From Candidatus Aenigmatarchaeota archaeon (GTDB lineage: Archaea; Aenigmatarchaeota; Aenigmatarchaeia; Aenigmatarchaeales; JACQIB01), in the NCBI GenBank assembly GCA_038999215.1, contig JAWABM010000004.1, positions 1 to 40,476 of the forward strand: a stretch of 40,476 nucleotides of DNA. The letters run 5' to 3'. Position numbers and translations under genes: made by a program. Of this stretch, positions 35,750 through 40,476 are shown one piece after another. Below the pieces are notes generated by a model that worked only from the letters and a program-made list of their open reading frames with translations, was not told the origin of the DNA and did not search any database. Numbering within the stretch: position 1 is the stretch's first letter; each line of letters opens with the position of its first letter.

Positions 35750-38700
35750 ATGCACCGTGAGGGGTGGCGTTCACAATGCGCAGCAGCGCTATTCTTATCG
35801 AGCATAATCTTTCTAATGCTCGCACCGACTGCGATGGCGGGAAGCTGGTGGGACACAGGCTGGCGCTACAGTAAGGAAATATCATTCGACATCTCAAACT
35901 CATCGGGGATCGCAAAGACAGAACTGGTGCATTTCAACGTAACGCTCGAGCCTAACACCACGATGAACTGCTCGAAGGAGCTGAGGCTGACCGTAAGGGG
36001 AGGCTGGTGCGATCAGAACAACACGTGCAAGCCGACGCTAGACGAGTGGAGAAGGAAAGAAATAACATGGGTCAAAAGCGGCAAGCAGAACAATGATCAG
36101 TACTGGAAATATTACATAACGAACTCCGAACCTGAAGGTTGGAAGAGCACAAGCTTGGACGATTCGGGTTGGAATCAGGGCAAAACGCCAATAGGAGACC
36201 ACAACGGCTACAGGACGCCGTGGGATCAGGACAGCTCCTCCGTGCTCGTAAGAAACAGCACGATACTGAACATAAGCAGCCTATCTAAGGTGGTATCGGC
36301 AATACTCAAGGTCTCATCGGACGAGCAAGCAGGCTGCTGGCTGAACGAGGAGAGTATATTCTTCGACTTCGGCGGAGGCCACCCGGACTCCAACTGGAAC
36401 TACGTCTACAACATCGCGCCAAGGCTCAACCTTACTGGAAAGAACACGCTCGCATGCAAGGTCTATAATATCAACGGCGAGCAGTATTTCGACGCCGAAA
36501 TAACGCTAATAGTCAACGAATGGCAGAACACTACGGCGCTGACATACGACCCGGACGCGCTGGAAAACGAAGTGCCTCTCAGGGTCGACGGCGAAGCCTA
36601 CAGCGGCGGCTACTGCGTGGCCGCGAACCTCACTGCGGAGGTGCAGATATACGAGGAGCTCGGGCCGAACCTGGCTCTGGGCAAGAGCACCCTGTGCTCC
36701 GGTGCCTACAGCAGCATCTACAACTGCAGCAGGATAAACGACGATTCCTACAAGGAGGAGTACAACAACACGAACCAAACGTACGATTTCTGGATGCTGC
36801 CGAACAGCCAGACGGGATGGGCAAGGCTGAACCTCAGCAACAACATGACCATAAACAGGATAAGATGGATGAACTACCATGACGGGGACAGCTATGACGC
36901 GTACACGACCAACTGGGCCGTGAAAACATCGATGTCCAACGACACCGGCTATTCGAACGTGCAGAGCGGCGTCGCTTCCTACAAGGATTCATACTTCTGG
37001 ACTGACATCTCGTTCCCCAGCAGAACCGCGCAGTACGTGCAGTTCGACGTCAACGGATACAGCACGAGGGGAGGGCTGACCGAACTGCAGGTGTACAACG
37101 CCGAGATCGGTACAAGGAACTACAGGCTCTACTACGGAAACCCTTCAGCGAACAAAACAGAATTAAGGTTCGACAGCCTCATCGCAACTGTCAGGAACGG
37201 CAATCCTTCCCATGTCAACTTTACAGAGGACTACGGCAACGGGACGTTCAAGAATGTCATGACAAACATAGACAACATAAGCAGCTCCACAAGGAGCGTG
37301 GGAGTCGCGGATTTCGACAATGACGGCGACCTGGACATAATCGCGGCCGACGGAAGCTGCAACATGTACATGTACCTCAACAACGGGTCAAACGTTTTCA
37401 ATGACAGGGCAAGCCTCGGCTCGTTCGGCTGCAACGGCGCCCCGAACGACATAGCAATCGGCGACTTCAACGGCGATGGGAAGACCGATTTCGTCACGAG
37501 CAGCGACCAGTACAACTACATCTACTACTGGGAGAACCACGGCAACTTCATGTTCACATCGAACAGCATGCCGGCCGCCGACTGGTGGAACAGCTGGGCC
37601 AAATTATGCGGCCAGGATGACAGGTTTTTGAGCTATCCAAGAGGAAAAGGCGCGGCGGATTTCGATAACGATGGGGACCTTGACGTAATGGTATTGATAG
37701 AGAATTACGGCAATTCCAACGGCCGCAGCTGCATGTTATTCGCGCTCTATAAGAACGATGGGAAGGGCAGCTTCACAAAGGAATACGTTTCGCCGAATTA
37801 CGGATCCGGAAGCAATATGGACTCGCACAACCTGATTGTCGGGGAATTCACCGGCGACGGCAACGCGGATTTCATATTCGAGAACGGAGTAAACAACGGC
37901 GCAGGCAACAATGGCATCCTCTATCTTGTGAACGGATATGGCAATGGCACGTTCAACACGTCATACAGCGAGGTCACAAGACTCGGCGAGAGAAGCGGAG
38001 GTGACGCCTACGACTTCGACTTCGACGGGAAACAGGACCTCATAGTCGTGAACTACACTGATGCGTTGCAGAACGGCACAATACATTATTACAGGGGCCT
38101 GGGAAACTGGAGCTTCATCGGACCATACAACACCACGAACTTCACGAGGTCCCTGGCGATAGGCGGACCTCACTTCATGGAAAGCCGGAGCAACGTAACG
38201 ACCGGGCCAATCAGAAGAATGACGGTCGAAGGTACGGCAGACGCCCTATCGAACGGGTCGATTATAATAAATTATCAGGGCGAGAACTGGACAGTGCCGG
38301 CGCGCTGGGAATGGGAGTGGAACCAGACCGACATGATGATAGCCGGCGAGGAGTACGCCCATCACAGGAAAATCTATTATAACACATCGTTCAATTTCAC
38401 GGAACAGCCCTATTTCAACATAACAGGCTGGGTCGTGAACGGCAGCGCGCTTTGGAACGGCGCGAACTTCAGCGGCAATCTTACGCAGCCTATACTGCTC
38501 AATGAGACCACCATCGCCGCAAAAGGCAACGACACGCTCTGGGACGAGGGCATGCCAAAAGGCATACCTGTTGGCAAAGCGTCGATAGGCAGAAGGCAGG
38601 ACAGCGCATTCACGACGACCGTCAACGGGAACGCTTACATAATCCAATACTTCAACATAACGAACAACGCCTCGTCGCTCCCGGCCAATTTCACCAATAT

Positions 38701-40476
38701 CATCGTTAAGGAGGGCTGCAACGCCAACTGGACCTGCACGGGCTTCTCGAAGATAATCGACAGCGCAGAGACAACGACAGGCTGGAGCTATGACAACGAC
38801 GCGAACCCGCCGGCAACAGGCGGTCTCAGGAGGGTCGACAGCTACTCGCTGAACTTCAGCTGGGAGAACAACGACCCGACAACGGTCGTGGCAAAGAACT
38901 TCAAGTCCTCGGCGAACCTGGGCAACCTCACGGACTTCCAGAACGGCAACATGAGCATGTGGGTATTCGTCGACAGCTATGCGAGCTTCGACAGCATCAA
39001 GGTGATCATAGGAAGCGATGAGAGCAACAAGAAGGGCTGGAGAAGGCTCAATACGACATTCAGCAACGGCTGGAACTACCTTATCATAGACCTGAACTCC
39101 ACGCCGTCCTCGAGCTCAGGCACGATAAACTGGACAAACATCAACTATCTGGAGTTCACAATAGAGGGTACTTCTTACGGACCAGACTTCATACTCATTG
39201 ATGATTGGAGGATATGGAACCTCGGAACAAAGGAGATCAGGATAGCTTCCTTGAACACGAACGAGGCGAAACTGGAATACGGGCTCGCGAAAAACAGCAA
39301 CGTGATAGCAACCGTGACCGAAGGCTCGAATGACTGGCGGCAAGACACATCCAAGACGACAACAGCCGGGGGCACGGCATACATAGAGGGTAATCTAAAA
39401 ATTAACAATACGGACACCATAAAATACGAGAATGTCACGCTCCTCGCGAACCAGTCTGGCCTGTCGCGCATAAATTGGAACTGCTACCATGCTGGCCGCG
39501 AGATCTACTACATACTTACAACAAACACATCTTCCGATTACCCCATAAAGTGCAGCAAGAACGCAGTAGTGACAAAGAGCGAAGGCCCATGGCAGCAGAG
39601 CGGGACAGCGACGCTTAACTCGCAAACAATCAACAAGTCCGTGGCTGTAGAGAACACCGACCCAGCCGTATCGTACAACAACATCGCATGGTCCGTAAAC
39701 CAGGAGAGCGCCTGCGGCTGGTCAAGCTCAACGCTTGGCGGAACAACGAACCTGGCGGCGAACGGTTCGGCTGTCCTCGAGGCCAGGCAGAGCGGGGACT
39801 GCGTCGTGAACGTTCAATCAAGCTGGAAGCAATACATGGTCGTCGAATCCGACGAGACAGGGCAGTACATACACCAGAACCTCACGATAATAAACAACGC
39901 AAACACCGGCATGAACCTGACGCTCTATGCGAGCGATTTCAGCAATCCTACCAATGCTTTCACGCCCGTAGGGCCTTACTCTGATCCGTCGGACTACAAC
40001 AGCCCCGTAGCGATAGGCGCAAGCCAAACAGCCGTCAAGAGGCAGGTCAGGAGCGGCGACGTGCTGACGCAGACGAACGGCGCAGCATCCGAAGGCCAGA
40101 CGTACGAGCGCCTGGTGAACGTCACATGCTCGGACGCATGCGACAAGCTGTCCTATGTCAAGATCAGCGCGGGAGTGAACGACACCAACTACACTGACTT
40201 CAAGATCTACCGCAAGAACGGCGGCATCTGGAGCTTCATGGCGACACCGTCTGTCTCAAGCGGGACAGCCACGTGGTATGCCACCGCATTCGGCGCCGTC
40301 GAGGAATACAAAATATGGGGAAACAGCACAGGCGTGCAGCCTCCTCAGCCAGCACCGGAAACTCCCTCTGTGAACATCATGAGCCCGAACAGCCAGACCT
40401 ATTCGACAGGCTCAATATGGGCCAACGTGACCACAAACATAAGCGTTGAATCATGCGCATATTCGCTGAACGGCAG
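35750..40476 (+). CDS. Giant secreted adhesin-like glycoprotein (>1570 aa; 3'-truncated; absent from ORF track)
   Basis: Hand translation from ATG 35750: MHREGWRSQCAAALFLSSIIFLMLAPTAMA signal, then GSWWDTGWRY (DUF2341-like), jelly-roll domain, NLALGKS...LTELQVY (F5/8C-like), five FG-GAP motifs (e.g. ADFDNDGDLD, GDFNGDGKTD). Same frame confirmed at 37301 and 40322. Confidence 0.9.
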   Translation, partial: MHREGWRSQCAAALFLSSIIFLMLAPTAMAGSWWDTGWRYSKEISFDISNSSGIAKTELVHFNVTLEPNTTMNCSKELRLTVRGGWCDQNNTCKPTLDEWRRKEITWVKSGKQNNDQYWKYYITNSEPEGWKSTSLDDSGWNQGKTPIGDHNGYRTPWDQDSSSVLVRNSTILNISSLSKVVSAILKVSSDEQAGCWLNEESIFFDFGGGHPDSNWNYVYNIAPRLNLTGKNTLACKVYNINGEQYFDAEITLIVNEWQNTTALTYDPDALENEVPLRVDGEAYSGGYCVAANLTAEVQIYEELGPNLALGKSTLCSGAYSSIYNCSRINDDSYKEEYNNTNQTYDFWMLPNSQTGWARLNLSNNMTINRIRWMNYHDGDSYDAYTTNWAVKTSMSNDTGYSNVQSGVASYKDSYFWTDISFPSRTAQYVQFDVNGYSTRGGLTELQVYNAEIGTRNYRLYYGNPSANKTELRFDSLIATVRNGNPSHVNFTEDYGNGTFKNVMTNIDNISSSTRSVGVADFDNDGDLDIIAADGSCNMYMYLNNGSNVFNDRASLGSFGCNGAPNDIAIGDFNGDGKTDFVTSSDQYNYIYYWENHGNFMFTSNSMPAADWWNSWAKLCGQDDRFLSYPRGKGAADFDNDGDLDVMVLIENYGNSNGRSCMLFALYKNDGKGSFTKEYVSPNYGSGSNMDSHNLIVGEFTGDGNADFIFENGVNNGAGNNGILYLVNGYGNGTFNTSYSEVTRLGERSGGDAYDFDFDGKQDLIVVNYTDALQNGTIHYYRGLGNWSFIGPYNTTNFTRSLAIGGPHFMESRSNVTTGPIRRMTVEGTADALSNGSIIINYQGENWTVPARWEWEWNQTDMMIAGEEYAHHRKIYYNTSFNFTEQPYFNITGWVVNGSALWNGANFSGNLTQPILLNETTIAAKGNDTLWDEGMPKGIPVGKASIGRRQDSAFTTTVNGNAYIIQYFNITNNASSLPANFTNIIVKEGCNANWTCTGFSKIIDSAETTTGWSYDNDANPPATGGLRRVDSYSLNFSWENNDPTTVVAKNFKSSANLGNLTDFQNGNMSMWVFVDSYASFDSIKVIIGSDESNKKGWRRLNTTFSNGWNYLIIDLNSTPSSSSGTINWTNINYLEFTIEGTSYGPDFILIDDWRIWNLGTKEIRIASLNTNEAKLEYGLAKNSNVIATVTEGSNDWRQDTSKTTTAGGTAYIEGNLKINNTDTIKYENVTLLANQSGLSRINWNCYHAGREIYYILTTNTSSDYPIKCSKNAVVTKSEGPWQQSGTATLNSQTINKSVAVENTDPAVSYNNIAWSVNQESACGWSSSTLGGTTNLAANGSAVLEARQSGDCVVNVQSSWKQYMVVESDETGQYIHQNLTIINNANTGMNLTLYASDFSNPTNAFTPVGPYSDPSDYNSPVAIGASQTAVKRQVRSGDVLTQTNGAASEGQTYERLVNVTCSDACDKLSYVKISAGVNDTNYTDFKIYRKNGGIWSFMATPSVSSGTATWYATAFGAVEEYKIWGNSTGVQPPQPAPETPSVNIMSPNSQTYSTGSIWANVTTNISVESCAYSLNG

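Noticed and set aside
36506..40027. Short ORFs listed by the track in the last 4 kb
   Set aside because: All lie within the long 35750+ frame, which has coherent domain motifs.

Overview
Gene-dense archaeal chromosomal segment. Markers include Rpo11/RpoL, TFS, RFC-S, L40e, L10e, Dph2, DGGGP synthase, archaeal ATP-dependent ligase and RNase HII with a PIP box. The compact layout and giant glycosylated surface proteins suggest a DPANN-type archaeon (inference only). Positions 1-16.4 kb and 26.2-29.8 kb are housekeeping. Three accessory blocks stand out. (i) 16.4-26.2 kb: two diverged paralogs of unknown function with similar promoter/leader sequences flank an IS6/IS1-derived Zn-ribbon-HTH gene lacking a DDE domain, followed by a membrane-anchored repeat protein and a ~1630-aa surface protein. 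(ii) 29.8-33.0 kb: an 858-aa segmented coiled-coil protein plus a membrane partner. (iii) 33.0-40.5 kb: a polymorphic-toxin-like gene with amphipathic repeats, a hydrophobic segment and an AT-rich HExxH zincin C-terminus, a downstream AT-rich partner resembling the toxin's tail, and a divergent >1570-aa adhesin-like ORF missing from the ORF track. No rRNA, tRNA or CRISPR array was seen. All family calls are by-eye motif recognition; no searches were run.
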